DNA of 64,000 nucleotides from Sphingobacteriales bacterium (GCA_016721245.1 JADKIQ010000004.1:152442-216441), one strand, 5' to 3'. Numbered from the stretch's first letter, positions 9,895 to 20,620 are shown. The notes: generated by a model not told the origin, from the sequence alone. Program-made: numbers and translations.

Positions 9895-10449
9895 ATGAAA
9901 AAAATCTTGCTTTTCATATCGTCTGTCATAACTCTTGTTTCTGCATTTGCCTTACCACCTGCAGGAGATGAAGGATATAAAACGTTTTTTACCTGGACAG
10001 CCAACAGAAGTTTGAAGTGGGCTGATTTTCAGGGTACTCCAATTGATTATTCTTCAGAAGTGGCTATGACGGCTTCTTCCGTCGAGTTTTCCTATTATAC
10101 CAAAGGAAATCAGATTGACTGGGTCGTTACTGCAAAATATTTTCCGAAACTATCCTGGAGTAAAAAGAAACTCCAATCCGACTATATTTTAAAACACGAA
10201 CAGCTCCATTTCGATATCACGGAATTATATGCACGATTATTTCGTAAACGTCTGGCAGAGAATGTACATTCTGCCAAAGATATTGCAAAACTGAAAGTAA
10301 TCAGTAAAGATATAATGAAAGAATGGGCAAATGAGGAAAATGATTACGACAGAGAAACGAAACACAGTACAGATGTGAAACAACAAACCGCCTGGAATTT
10401 AAGTATTCAGCAACGTCTCGATGAATTGAAAGATTTTGCCAGTAAATAA
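9895..10449 (+). CDS. DUF922-like secreted putative Zn-metalloprotease
   Basis: Signal peptide from the ATG at 9895 (MKKILLFISSVITLVSA). HExxH motif (KHEQLHFD). Confidence 0.55.
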   Translation: MKKILLFISSVITLVSAFALPPAGDEGYKTFFTWTANRSLKWADFQGTPIDYSSEVAMTASSVEFSYYTKGNQIDWVVTAKYFPKLSWSKKKLQSDYILKHEQLHFDITELYARLFRKRLAENVHSAKDIAKLKVISKDIMKEWANEENDYDRETKHSTDVKQQTAWNLSIQQRLDELKDFASK

Positions 10450-10450
10450 G

Positions 10451-11284
10451 TTATTCTACAAATATCGACTTATTTAATTCTGGTATGATTTTATGTTCCT
10501 GAGCGATTTTATACAAGGTATTCACTGCATATTCTCCATCAAACCCTAATTCAACGCTGTATTTATTCACGTACAAATTGATATGCTGCCTGCAAACATC
10601 TTCACTCATTTCCTGAGAATGCTCAGCTACAAATGATTTAGAGGAATCAGGATTGGCAAAAGCAAATTCGATACTTCGTTTAATAATACGTTCCACACTT
10701 TTTTGAATTTCCGCATCGAAACTTCGTTTGATAGCGATGCCACCCAAAGGGATGGGCACTTTATAGGTTTGTTCCCAGTATTCACCTAAATCGATGATTT
10801 TCTTTAAGCCTTTCTGTTCATAGGTAAAACGGTTTTCATGTATAATGACGCCAGTATCAAATGTATCGTCAAGCACCTTATTTTCTATTTCTGAAAATAT
10901 AATAAATGATTTGTTTTTTGCGTTCGGGTATTTTAGTGAAAACAGTAAGTTAGCCGTGGTGAATTTTCCTGGAATACAAATGGTGCTATTGTTAAGGGAT
11001 TCTTCAGTCAATACTTCTTTACTGATTAGTAAGGGGCCACAGTTATTGCCCAAAGCACTGCCGGAGCGCATCAGTGTATAACAATCAGACGCATAGGAAA
11101 ATGCATGGTAGCTCAGTTTGGTGATATCGTATTGCTGCTGAAATGCCGCCTGATTCAGTTGTTCCACATCGGCAAAGACCAGTTTGAAATCCAGTCCTTC
11201 CGTATCAATCTTTTTATGCAGCAGGGCATCAAAGATGAAGGTGTCGTTCGGACAAGGTGAAATAGCGAGTGTAAGCGGTTGCAT
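10451..11284 (-). CDS. mqnD: 1,4-dihydroxy-6-naphthoate synthase (futalosine pathway)
   Basis: MQPLTLAISPCPNDTFIFDAL... N-terminus and the ~277-aa size are typical of MqnD. Confidence 0.8.
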   Translation of the reverse strand: MQPLTLAISPCPNDTFIFDALLHKKIDTEGLDFKLVFADVEQLNQAAFQQQYDITKLSYHAFSYASDCYTLMRSGSALGNNCGPLLISKEVLTEESLNNSTICIPGKFTTANLLFSLKYPNAKNKSFIIFSEIENKVLDDTFDTGVIIHENRFTYEQKGLKKIIDLGEYWEQTYKVPIPLGGIAIKRSFDAEIQKSVERIIKRSIEFAFANPDSSKSFVAEHSQEMSEDVCRQHINLYVNKYSVELGFDGEYAVNTLYKIAQEHKIIPELNKSIFVE

Positions 11285-11320
11285 CGTGTAAATATAGATT
11301 GAAAATGTTATTTTTGATAA

Positions 11321-12697
11321 GTGAACCTGCTGAAAAATAACAACATTTATTTGCTTGCCATAGTTCTTGCCATTCTGTTAAATATATTTTCCTGGCATTT
11401 ACCTTTTTTCTGGGATACCATTCTGACGTCTACCATCACCCAGCATTTTTATGATTATGGTTTTCACGATTTTATTACACCAGCACAATTTGATGCCGGA
11501 CATCCTCCGTTATTTTACATATATGTAACTGCATTTTATCATCTTTTTGGTAAAAATTTAATGGCAGCCCATTTATCCATGTTGCCATTCACGATATTAG
11601 GAATTGTATCATTTATCAGTCTGCTGCAACATTTTTCTTTTTCCAAAACACAGCAGATAATGGGTGTGGTGTTGTTCTTTACCATTCCTGCAGTTATTAC
11701 ACAAAACACGCTGGTAAGTTATGATGCCGTGCTGCTGAGTTTATATTTAGCTGCTTTGGTTTCTTATTTTAATAAAAATAAAATACTATTCGTTTTTCTT
11801 ATACTTGGAATAGTTGGGATTTCGCTTCGTGGTTTATTTTGTGTCGCTTCATTGTCTGTAACAATATTCTTTTTAGAAAATAAGCAGTTTAAAACTTGGT
11901 TTAAATGGAATATATTGTTTGTACCTGCAATTGCTATTGTATTCGCTTGGTATATAAACCACTTCACACATACAGGCTGGTTGTTTGCTACAAAAGCGGA
12001 AGGCTGGAGTGAGCAGCGGGGATTGGCAGATGCTATGGGTTTATTAAAAAACGGATTTTCCATTGCACGTTGTTTCTTTGATTTGGGAATACTTATTCTT
12101 ACTTCCCTGAGTTTATTTTATGTCATTCAAAAAAGAAAACTGGATAAGTATACCTTACTTTGGCTGATTCCGGCAATTATATTTTTAGTTGCATTTTTAC
12201 CATTCACCAATCCCATCAACCATCGTTATTTTTTAATAGTGTATTTAATGATGTTGTTTCCTGTATTACAGTTTTTATCAGAAAGAAAAAGAATATACTC
12301 TATTCTTACAATACTTATCTTGCTGCTGGGACATTTTCAAATCTATCCTGTACCTATATCCAATGGATGGGATTGCACGCTGGCGCATGTATCCTATTTT
12401 AAATGCAGGGAAAAAACTAATTTCCTGCTTGAATATCACACAAGATTTATAAATAAGAGTATAGGCACAGTTTTTCCTATGAATACAAGTTTATATCAGA
12501 CAGATATGATGAATGATTCGGTAAGAATATTAAATATAAACGGTAAATTAATAGACTCACTTCAATATATTGTATTTTCCAATGTTGCAAATGATTTTTC
12601 TGACGAACAAATCAGAGAATTAAAATCTTGGAGAGAATTATATAGTTTTAAATCTGGATTTGCTAGAATGATTTTATATGAAAATCCTAAAAAATAA
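11321..12697 (+). CDS. polytopic GT-C (ArnT/PMT, GT39-like) glycosyltransferase
   Basis: About 12 hydrophobic helices. GTG start. Lies directly upstream of a polyprenyl-phosphate GT2 gene. Confidence 0.5.
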   Translation: MNLLKNNNIYLLAIVLAILLNIFSWHLPFFWDTILTSTITQHFYDYGFHDFITPAQFDAGHPPLFYIYVTAFYHLFGKNLMAAHLSMLPFTILGIVSFISLLQHFSFSKTQQIMGVVLFFTIPAVITQNTLVSYDAVLLSLYLAALVSYFNKNKILFVFLILGIVGISLRGLFCVASLSVTIFFLENKQFKTWFKWNILFVPAIAIVFAWYINHFTHTGWLFATKAEGWSEQRGLADAMGLLKNGFSIARCFFDLGILILTSLSLFYVIQKRKLDKYTLLWLIPAIIFLVAFLPFTNPINHRYFLIVYLMMLFPVLQFLSERKRIYSILTILILLLGHFQIYPVPISNGWDCTLAHVSYFKCREKTNFLLEYHTRFINKSIGTVFPMNTSLYQTDMMNDSVRILNINGKLIDSLQYIVFSNVANDFSDEQIRELKSWRELYSFKSGFARMILYENPKK

Positions 12698-12705
12698 CTC
12701 ACAAT

Positions 12706-12740
12706 AAATCGTAATTCATACATCGTAAATCGTAAATTAG
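12706..12740 (+). repeat. 7-nt periodic tract (AAATCGT AATTCAT ACATCGT AAATCGT AAATTAG)
   Basis: Read directly from the sequence. Ends 4 nt before the GTG start at 12745. Confidence 0.85.
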
Positions 12741-12744
12741 CTTC

Positions 12745-13668
12745 GTGGATATTTCAGTGGTCATACCGGTTTTTAATGAAGAAAGTAACTTGCCAGTCTT
12801 ATATGAAAGACTGGTAAATTCCGTTACTGCAATTAGCAATGATTACGAACTTATCTTTGTGAATGACGGAAGTAAAGATAATTCGCTGAATATCATTAAA
12901 GAACTTTCGCTAAAAAATGCACAGGTTAAGTATATCGATTTCAGCAAGAATTTCGGACATCAGTTAGCGGTCTTTGCAGGACTGGAAAATGCCAAGGGAG
13001 ATACTATTGTTATCATTGATGCCGATTTACAGGACCCACCTGAACTGATTAAGGAACTGTATAACAAAATGAAAGAGGGTTACGATGTTGTTTACGCCCA
13101 ACGCGAACAAAGGGTAGGCGAATCCTGGCATAAATTAATGACGGCAAAATTATTCTATCGTTTTATCAATCGCTTGTCGGAAGTTTCCATTCCTTTAGAC
13201 ACCGGAGATTTTCGTATTATTTCTAAAAAGATTAATGATATTATTGTGTCTATGCCGGAACGGAATAAGTTTTTACGCGGACAGATTGCCTGGGCTGGTT
13301 TTAATCAGACATTTGTATCATACAACAGAGAGGAACGATATGCCGGAAAAACTAACTATTCCTATTCTAAAATGTTTTCGTTCGCATTTGATGGTATTAC
13401 CGCTTTTTCAAACCTTCCGTTGAGATTAGCCACTTATCTAGGCTTTGCCGTATCCTTGATATCTTTCTTCTTCATTCTTTATACCCTGTACCAAAAATAT
13501 TTTAAACATGATGTAGTGCAAGGATGGTCATCTTTGATGGTCAGTATCTTGTTTATTGGAGGTGTCCAATTAATTTGCCTGGGGATTATCGGTGAATATC
13601 TGGGCAGAATTATGGATAATGTAAAACAGCGCCCCTTGTACATCGTGAGAGAAAGTAATCTAAAGTAA
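12745..13668 (+). CDS. GT2 polyprenyl-phosphate glycosyltransferase (DPM1/ArnC/GtrB type)
   Basis: VVIPVFNEE, NDGSKDNS, IDADLQDPPE, and two C-terminal TM helices. GTG start. Confidence 0.85.
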   Translation: MDISVVIPVFNEESNLPVLYERLVNSVTAISNDYELIFVNDGSKDNSLNIIKELSLKNAQVKYIDFSKNFGHQLAVFAGLENAKGDTIVIIDADLQDPPELIKELYNKMKEGYDVVYAQREQRVGESWHKLMTAKLFYRFINRLSEVSIPLDTGDFRIISKKINDIIVSMPERNKFLRGQIAWAGFNQTFVSYNREERYAGKTNYSYSKMFSFAFDGITAFSNLPLRLATYLGFAVSLISFFFILYTLYQKYFKHDVVQGWSSLMVSILFIGGVQLICLGIIGEYLGRIMDNVKQRPLYIVRESNLK

Positions 13669-14337
13669 TTTCAATATTGCATTATTCAGATTTACTACAG
13701 CGTCTTTAATATTCCAGTTATCTTTATTTCTTCTCTCAACATAATTAGAAATGGAACGAATCTCAATTCCAGGCTTATTAATTAATTTCAATACATAATA
13801 AAATGCCAGTCCTTCCATATTTTCTGTATCGGCATTATATTTCTCCTGAATGATTTTTATCGTTTTCTCGTTTCCGTGTACCTTATTCACCGTTATAGAT
13901 GTAGCCTTTGGTAGGTTTATTTTGGTATGAAATGCTGACAATACCGGTTCGCATAATCCATACTGGAAAGCATCTTCTTTGGTGTCAATAAAGCCTAAAT
14001 CAAAAAAATCCTGGAATTCTTCGTCGTTTTCTACGCCAAAATCACCATAGGTTTCGGATATAATTTGCACCACTTCGCCAATCTGTAAATTCCGGTTAAA
14101 TGCACCGCAAATTCCTGCATCTATATAAAAATCACGATTATATTGCTGCGAATACAAGGCCAAATGTGCAGCTGTGTTCATCATACCCATTCCGGTAATT
14201 AAAAAATGTAATTCTTCACCCGCAACATATAAACCTGCAAAATCTGCAGATTTTGGCTGAAAATGATCAAATAGAGGCTTTAATTCGAGTTTAGTGGCGG
14301 CTATAATAGTGATTTTTTGATTTAAGATTTCAGACAT
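13660..14337 (-). CDS. mqnB: futalosine hydrolase (PNP/UDP nucleosidase fold)
   Basis: GMGMMNTA, TENMEG, RSISNYVERRNKDNW. The stop overlaps the convergent GT2 gene by 9 nt. Confidence 0.7.
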   Translation of the reverse strand: MSEILNQKITIIAATKLELKPLFDHFQPKSADFAGLYVAGEELHFLITGMGMMNTAAHLALYSQQYNRDFYIDAGICGAFNRNLQIGEVVQIISETYGDFGVENDEEFQDFFDLGFIDTKEDAFQYGLCEPVLSAFHTKINLPKATSITVNKVHGNEKTIKIIQEKYNADTENMEGLAFYYVLKLINKPGIEIRSISNYVERRNKDNWNIKDAVVNLNNAILKLL

Positions 14338-14393
14338 AAGAATTCAGATTTTCCATCAAGTAAATACAAATATAGATGTTTAATTAAAAAATA

Positions 14394-14435
14394 ACTTCTC
14401 AAATCTCAAATCTCAAATCTTAATTCTTAAATTTG
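14394..14435 (+). repeat. 7-nt periodic tract (ACTTCTC AAATCTC AAATCTC AAATCTT AATTCTT AAATTTG); the last units form a TAAATTTG -7 box (14428-14435)
   Basis: Read directly from the sequence. The box ends 4 nt before the GTG start of queD. Confidence 0.85.
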
Positions 14436-14439
14436 TACT

Positions 14440-14850
14440 GTGATTTATTTAACACGCAGAGAAACGTTTAATGCAGCACACAGGCTGTATAACAACCATT
14501 GGTCGGAAGAACAAAATGATACCATTTTTGGTAAATGCGCCAACAAAAACTGGCATGGACACAACTATATTTTATTTGTGACGGTTAAAGGCGAGCCGGA
14601 TCCGGAAACAGGATTTATCATCAATGTAAAAGAACTGAGCCAGATTATTAAAGAGGTAATTGTAGACAGACTGGATCATACCAACCTGAATTTAGACGTT
14701 AATTTTATTCCGTCTACAGTACATCCAACTACGGAAAATCTGACAAGAATTATCTGGCAGCAACTGGAACCGCATATAAAAGGCTGTCAGTTGCACAGCA
14801 TTAAACTGCAGGAAACGGAAAATATCTACGCGGAGTATTTCGGAGAATAA
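14440..14850 (+). CDS. queD: 6-carboxy-5,6,7,8-tetrahydropterin synthase
   Basis: TRRETFNAAHRL, WHGHNY, 136 aa. GTG start. Confidence 0.85.
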   Translation: MIYLTRRETFNAAHRLYNNHWSEEQNDTIFGKCANKNWHGHNYILFVTVKGEPDPETGFIINVKELSQIIKEVIVDRLDHTNLNLDVNFIPSTVHPTTENLTRIIWQQLEPHIKGCQLHSIKLQETENIYAEYFGE

Positions 14851-14884
14851 TTTTTCTTTTTTATTTCAAGCAAAGCAAAGAACT

Positions 14885-15331
14885 ATGCTGCAAACCATTC
14901 TCAAATATTTTGATGATTTAACGGTTACCGAGTTATACGATGTATTGCAATTACGGGAAGATGTTTTCCAGATAGAACAAAATTGTATTTACAAAGACAT
15001 TGATGATAAGGACAGAAAATGTTACCATTTGATGTTGTACAAGAATGCTGAATTAGTGGCTTACTGCCGTTTAGTACCATCTGGAATTTCTTATGAAGGC
15101 TATGCTTCCATTGGACGGGTTGTCAGCAGTTCCAAATACAGAAAAGAAGGTTACGGAAGGCAGCTCATGGTAAAAGCAATGGAAAAAATAACGCAGGTAT
15201 TTCCTCACTTACCGATTAAAATCTCCGCGCAGTTATACCTTCAGAAATTTTATGAAAGCTTTGGTTTTACAGCAGTAGGCGAGTGGTACATGGAAGATGA
15301 AATACCGCATATTGCCATGATTAAAAAGTAA
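14885..15331 (+). CDS. GNAT family N-acetyltransferase (ElaA-like)
   Basis: 148 aa. LQLREDVFQIEQNC and the acetyl-CoA motif RKEGYGRQLM. Confidence 0.8.
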   Translation: MLQTILKYFDDLTVTELYDVLQLREDVFQIEQNCIYKDIDDKDRKCYHLMLYKNAELVAYCRLVPSGISYEGYASIGRVVSSSKYRKEGYGRQLMVKAMEKITQVFPHLPIKISAQLYLQKFYESFGFTAVGEWYMEDEIPHIAMIKK

Positions 15332-15406
15332 TAGTTATAAGTGATTAGTTATTAGCAAAAACCTGAGTTTTAAAAAAACATTTTTAATTCAAAATTCAAA
15401 ATTTTC

Positions 15407-15988
15407 TTACACCATCGGCGGCCACGGCGAACTTATCTCCGGATTTTCTGGAATATAGACTACCCAGATATCTTCTCCTTCTCTTCGGTACAGATTGTTT
15501 TCATCCCAGCTTACAATTTTATCTAATTGTTCTGCACCGCCTTTTACAGCAAAGGTATAGGTAATAAGAAAAGGATTTCTGCCATTGATACTTTGAGAGG
15601 TATCTCTTTCAACAGACAATATTTTCCCTTCCGCAGCAACACCATTTGTGAGTGCCTGTATCTTTTCCTCACCAATACGTTTTCCGTGTTTGTATAAAAA
15701 ATAACCAATGATCGCAAAGAGCAAACCAAACCCAAAAAGAGCAATCAAGGGTATACCCACAATCATAAAAATAATGCCAATAATTGCATGGGTATTTTTC
15801 CAGAGCAATACCTTTTGTTTGAAAACTTTCGGTAAATCACGTGGCGGCAATGATGGTTTTTCTCCTTTGTCACCGTTAATACTTCTTGGCAGCGGACCGC
15901 CGCAATTCATGCAGTTGGTCGTCGTAGGGCGAGCGGCATAATATGTATTGCACCAGGGACAGGTTACTGATTGGTTGAGCAATTGCAT
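15407..15988 (-). CDS. zinc-ribbon / DUF3592-like membrane protein
   Basis: CPWC...CMNC zinc ribbon, two TM helices, C-terminal beta-rich domain. Confidence 0.5.
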   Translation of the reverse strand: MQLLNQSVTCPWCNTYYAARPTTTNCMNCGGPLPRSINGDKGEKPSLPPRDLPKVFKQKVLLWKNTHAIIGIIFMIVGIPLIALFGFGLLFAIIGYFLYKHGKRIGEEKIQALTNGVAAEGKILSVERDTSQSINGRNPFLITYTFAVKGGAEQLDKIVSWDENNLYRREGEDIWVVYIPENPEISSPWPPMV

Positions 15989-16037
15989 AGAAATGATTTA
16001 TACAACAAGATACGAAAAAGGAAATAAATGATTATAA

Positions 16038-16964
16038 TTAAACAGCATTTCTCACCGCTTCCACATCTTTTTCAATTTGCACTTTCAGTAAATCCCAGTT
16101 GTCGTATTTGATTTGCGGACGAAGGTAATCTACGAAAATCATGTCTAAATCTTTGTTGTATAAATCTCCGTCAAAGTCTAAAATAAACACTTCAATCGTC
16201 AATTTACTGTTGTCGAAAACCGTTTCTCGGTAACCGATGCTAAGCGCACCTTTATAAAACTGTCCGTCAATTTTTATTTTTACCGCATACACACCGGAAG
16301 CCGGAATGAGCTTATGCGGATTAGAGATTTCGATGTTGGCGGTAGGGAAGCCCAGTATCCTGCCAATCTTATCGCCGTGTACTACTTTTCCTTTGATGGT
16401 AAATGGATGCGCTAAAAACTGGTTGGCATGTTTGATATCGCCTTCTAGCAAGGCATTGCGCACTTTGGTAGAACTTACGGAGATTTCATCCAGTGTTTGT
16501 GCGGGAATTTCTTCCACTTCAAAATGATAGGTGGAAGCAAGTGAACGTAACAAATCAATAGTTCCTTTTCTGTCTTTGCCAAAACGATGATCGTAACCAA
16601 TCACAATTTTCTTTGGATGAAAATTATTTACGAGAATTTTTTCTACATATTCTGTTGCATCCATATTGGCAAACTCTTTGGAAAATTCATTAATCACCAG
16701 ATGGTTTAACCCGAATGTTTCCAGCAGTTCTTCTTTTTCGTCAATGGTAGAAATCAATTTTAATTTTTCATCGTCCGGATGCAGTACTAAACGCGGATGC
16801 GGATCAAACGTAAGTAAAATACTTTCACCGTTTATTTCCTGTGCAATATCATTGATGCGCTTGATAATTTGCTGATGCCCGAAATGAACGCCGTCATACG
16901 TGCCAATGGTGAGCACCGCATTTTTGAACCTGGGTAAATTATCTAAGCCTTTATGAATCTGCAT
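16038..16964 (-). CDS. ribF: bifunctional riboflavin kinase / FAD synthetase
   Basis: GTYDGVHFGHQ nucleotidyltransferase motif. C-terminal riboflavin kinase domain (GFPTANI). Confidence 0.95.
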   Translation of the reverse strand: MQIHKGLDNLPRFKNAVLTIGTYDGVHFGHQQIIKRINDIAQEINGESILLTFDPHPRLVLHPDDEKLKLISTIDEKEELLETFGLNHLVINEFSKEFANMDATEYVEKILVNNFHPKKIVIGYDHRFGKDRKGTIDLLRSLASTYHFEVEEIPAQTLDEISVSSTKVRNALLEGDIKHANQFLAHPFTIKGKVVHGDKIGRILGFPTANIEISNPHKLIPASGVYAVKIKIDGQFYKGALSIGYRETVFDNSKLTIEVFILDFDGDLYNKDLDMIFVDYLRPQIKYDNWDLLKVQIEKDVEAVRNAV

Positions 16965-16997
16965 GGTCGTTTCTTTGTACTCTTAGCTTTAAATGTA

Positions 16998-17678
16998 TTA
17001 AATTTTCTCCAGAAACTGTTCTACGGTAAATGCATCCTTTACATCATATTTGCCGATTTGAGTTCTTCTTAACGAATGTAAATAAGCCCCGTTATTTAAT
17101 CTCTTTCCAAAGTCATTTGCCAGGCTTCGGATATAGGTTCCTTTGGTGCATTCTACATTAAAATAAATCAGGGGCAATTCAATTTTTACAATATCAATTT
17201 TTTTGATGGTAATTACTTTTGATTTTACGGCTACTTCTTTTCCTGCGCGGGCTAAATCATAGGCACGCTTTCCATCAATTTTTACGGCAGAATGGATTGG
17301 AGGAAATTGTTCCTGCTCACCAACAAAACTTTTAGCGCAATCATAAATAGCTTCCTCCGTAATGCCGGAAATATCAAATGTCTCATTAACTTCTTTTTCA
17401 GAGTCAAAACATTCGGTAGTACCACCCAGAAAAAAAGCACCCGTATATGTTTTATCGGCATCCTGAATTTGCTGAATGTCTTTTGTTTTCTTTCCCGTGC
17501 AAAGAATCAGTAAGCCGGTGGCCTTTGGGTCCAGTGTACCTGCATGGCCAATTTTCACAGGACCAACTGTTCTCTTCAATGCGAATTTAATTTTATTCAC
17601 CACATCAAAACTGGTCCAGTCCAATGGCTTATCAATTAAAATAACTTCTCCTTCTGAAAAATCCATAGTGCTTGTCAT
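16998..17678 (-). CDS. truB: tRNA pseudouridine(55) synthase
   Basis: GHAGTLDPKATGLL catalytic Asp motif. Confidence 0.95.
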   Translation of the reverse strand: MTSTMDFSEGEVILIDKPLDWTSFDVVNKIKFALKRTVGPVKIGHAGTLDPKATGLLILCTGKKTKDIQQIQDADKTYTGAFFLGGTTECFDSEKEVNETFDISGITEEAIYDCAKSFVGEQEQFPPIHSAVKIDGKRAYDLARAGKEVAVKSKVITIKKIDIVKIELPLIYFNVECTKGTYIRSLANDFGKRLNNGAYLHSLRRTQIGKYDVKDAFTVEQFLEKI

Positions 17679-17699
17679 ACCGAATGTGTGAAAATCTTG

Positions 17700-18491
17700 T
17701 TAGTGATTAAATAAAAGGAGGAGTAAAATCACAGAACCGATAATGATTCTGTAGATACCAAAGAAACGAAATCCGAATTTTTGCACGATTTCTATAAATG
17801 ATTTTATGGCGAATAATGCCACCACAAACGAAACGATGCAACCAACGGCTAGAGCAATGATTTCAGGTGTTGCAAAAGAAACACTGCCTTCCTGTATTAC
17901 ATCCAGCGTGCTTTTGGCACTGGCAGCCAGCATGGTTGGCACAGCAAGGAAAAATGAAAATTCAGCAGCTTCTTTTTTAGTTAGTCCAAGACTCATACCG
18001 CCAATGATGGTAGACGCACTTCTGCTTAATCCCGGAAATAAAATACTGAGTACCTGAAATAAACCTATTTTCAAAGAGGTAAAATAGTCGATTTTTTCTT
18101 CACTGTCAATCGTGTTTTTTGTAAACCATTTATCTACAAACAATAAAATGATACCCCCCGCAATCATGATACAAGCGATAAAAGTTAGATTGCTTAATAC
18201 ATTGTCGATATGTTTTTTCAGTAATGCACCAAAGACTAAGGCTGGTATAACCGCAATTACTAATTTGATATAGAATTTAATGTTTTTAAAATCCAAAAAC
18301 TTGCGCCAGAATAATACCACCACCGATAAAATAGCCGCCAGTTGAATTACAATTTCATACAGATTTCTGAACGGTGTTTCTGGTATACCCACCAGGAAAT
18401 CTACTATTTTCATATGTGCCGTGGACGAAATGGGCAAAAATTCTGTTAATCCCTCTATAATGGCAAGGATAATAGCATGTACAAGTGTCAT
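17700..18491 (-). CDS. uppP: undecaprenyl-diphosphate phosphatase
   Basis: BacA family: EGLTEFLPISSTAH, PGLSRSASTI, polytopic membrane protein. Confidence 0.95.
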   Translation of the reverse strand: MTLVHAIILAIIEGLTEFLPISSTAHMKIVDFLVGIPETPFRNLYEIVIQLAAILSVVVLFWRKFLDFKNIKFYIKLVIAVIPALVFGALLKKHIDNVLSNLTFIACIMIAGGIILLFVDKWFTKNTIDSEEKIDYFTSLKIGLFQVLSILFPGLSRSASTIIGGMSLGLTKKEAAEFSFFLAVPTMLAASAKSTLDVIQEGSVSFATPEIIALAVGCIVSFVVALFAIKSFIEIVQKFGFRFFGIYRIIIGSVILLLLLFNH

Positions 18492-18506
18492 AAGTGTGTG
18501 TTATTA

Positions 18507-18863
18507 TTAAACTTCGCTGGTAGCAGCAGGTTTTTTTAAGATGGCCACAATAATTACGAAAAACCCTGCAATAACGGTAATTGGTGCTAAAGTGATTCTT
18601 CTGAAAGAATAGATTTCAGCTTCGTTAAAGACATTTGGATCCGTATTTCCGCCACTCATTAAGATAAATCCGAGGATGATTAAGAAGGCACCTAATCCCA
18701 AAATAAGATAGTTGGTTTTATCAAACAAAAGCGTAGAATTCTGACTGGCCGGTAATCTGAACCAGCTGCCTGAACTTGTTTTAGGTTTAACCGTACTTTT
18801 TACAGTAGCCTGTGCCTGTTTTGCCTGAGGAATATTTTTAGAGGAAGGTTGATTTTTTGCCAT
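18507..18863 (-). CDS. DUF3098-type small membrane protein
   Basis: Two TM helices. Occupies the conserved position between ftsX and uppP in Bacteroidota. Confidence 0.65.
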   Translation of the reverse strand: MAKNQPSSKNIPQAKQAQATVKSTVKPKTSSGSWFRLPASQNSTLLFDKTNYLILGLGAFLIILGFILMSGGNTDPNVFNEAEIYSFRRITLAPITVIAGFFVIIVAILKKPAATSEV

Positions 18864-18873
18864 AATCTGCTTT

Positions 18874-19749
18874 TTAATATAATTCGTCCAGTTTTATTTT
18901 CAGGTATTTGTTTACTGCAAGATAGGTGCTGGTAATGGATATTAAAATACCGAAAATGATTAAACTGACAGCTATCAGTGACAAAGTTACAAAATCTTGT
19001 CCTGTAAAATCAATAGAAAACTTATAAATTGTTAAATAGATAAGGCCTGCCAGCACCATAATGGCTATCATTGCGCTGATAACTCCCGAAACAATGGATT
19101 TGATGATGTATGGCTTAATGATAAACCATTCGTTAGCGCCAATCAGCTGCATACTTCTGATGGTAAAACGCTGTGAATACATCATCAGTCGTATGGTATT
19201 ATCTATAATCAGAAAAGCGACAATCAGCATAATGATGCTTAAAATAACGATGCCTATAGTAATTGGTTTTAAAGTAGCTCCGGTCGTACTTACCGCCATA
19301 TCGGAATAAAAGACTTCCTGTACGCCACTCAATCCGACTAAAGCCGATTTTACATCTTTTACAAAATCGGGATTGGAGTAATCCGCTTTTAAATTGATGA
19401 TGTATGCATCGTATAAGGGATTTTCACCTAAAATCTCTCTGAAATTTTGTCCAAGTTCCCGTTCAAATTGTTCTGCGGCAACATCTTTGCTTTTAAACGT
19501 GATTTTTGAAACATAATTCTGTTTTTTCAGGTAAGATGCAATCGCAGTTTTTTGTTCCTCAGAAACATCTGCTTTCAGATTCAAATCGATTTCAATACCT
19601 TCTTTAATCTTGTTGATTTCTTTCTGAACGGTAAAAACACCAAACGAAAACAATCCTATGATAAATAATATCATAGCAATACTGATGATGGCGTAGATAA
19701 AATTTGGTTTACGCTTTTTTGGTATTTTCGGTTCTAAATCTTCTGACAT
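18874..19749 (-). CDS. ftsX: cell division protein FtsX (permease-like)
   Basis: One N-terminal TM helix, a periplasmic domain, three C-terminal TM helices, 291 aa. Confidence 0.85.
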   Translation of the reverse strand: MSEDLEPKIPKKRKPNFIYAIISIAMILFIIGLFSFGVFTVQKEINKIKEGIEIDLNLKADVSEEQKTAIASYLKKQNYVSKITFKSKDVAAEQFERELGQNFREILGENPLYDAYIINLKADYSNPDFVKDVKSALVGLSGVQEVFYSDMAVSTTGATLKPITIGIVILSIIMLIVAFLIIDNTIRLMMYSQRFTIRSMQLIGANEWFIIKPYIIKSIVSGVISAMIAIMVLAGLIYLTIYKFSIDFTGQDFVTLSLIAVSLIIFGILISITSTYLAVNKYLKIKLDELY

Positions 19750-19907
19750 ATGTAATTGAACGCTAAATTAAGATTTTTTTAGGGCACGAAACTGATTTTT
19801 TCCCACAATCGTTACTAAATGATGAAAAATAAATGTTGTTAGCATCATCATTTCATAGATTACGGAAAGTATTCGTAAATGCCTTATAGCTTTTATATCT
19901 TTACATT

Positions 19908-20573
19908 ATGAACAACGCACCTTTGGGAATTGAATTGTATTTGCGCCCAACTTATTTTGTGGACAGTGAGCAACCGGATATACAACGTTTTGTAAAGAAC
20001 ACGATTGGCAACGAAATTGATAAAACTAAAATTGCGGTTAAGTTATATTACGCCGTTCGAGATGGCTGGCGATACAATCCATACAATATAGATTTACGCC
20101 ATACTGCCATGAAAGCAAGTTCACTTTTTAACAGAGAAAACAAGAGCGGATACTGCATTGAAAAAGCCTGTTTGCTGAATGCGTGCCTGCGTGCCGCAGA
20201 TATTCCGAGCCGTTTCTGCTTTTTTGATGTAAAGAATCATATTGGCGTTGAAAAATTAATTCAGGTATTAAAGACAGATGTATTGGTTTTTCATGCCTGC
20301 AGTGAAATATACTTAAACGGAAACTGGGTGAAAGCTACACCTGCGTTCAATATAGAATTATGCGAACACTTAGGCGTGCAGCCGATGGAGTTTGATGGTG
20401 TAAACGATTCTATCTTCCAGCAATATGATGAAAAAGGAGAGGTGTTTATGGAATACCTCAAAGATTACGGTACATTTCATGATGTTCCTCACGATATGTT
20501 TGTGATGTTGCTGCATCAGTATTACCCGCATTTCTTCCTGAAAACGGAAGATAAGGCGATGGTTAATGTCTAA
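19908..20573 (+). CDS. transglutaminase-like cysteine peptidase fold protein
   Basis: Cys-nucleophile context KSGYCIEKACLLNACLRAADIPSR. Confidence 0.65.
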   Translation: MNNAPLGIELYLRPTYFVDSEQPDIQRFVKNTIGNEIDKTKIAVKLYYAVRDGWRYNPYNIDLRHTAMKASSLFNRENKSGYCIEKACLLNACLRAADIPSRFCFFDVKNHIGVEKLIQVLKTDVLVFHACSEIYLNGNWVKATPAFNIELCEHLGVQPMEFDGVNDSIFQQYDEKGEVFMEYLKDYGTFHDVPHDMFVMLLHQYYPHFFLKTEDKAMVNV

Positions 20574-20595
20574 ACCAACAACCTTTTACTGTTTT

Positions 20596-20620
20596 TAACA
20601 ACGATTAGGTTGTTACTTTT
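20596..20620 (+). terminator. hairpin terminator
   Basis: TAACAAC-GATTAG-GTTGTTA followed by CTTTT. Confidence 0.45.
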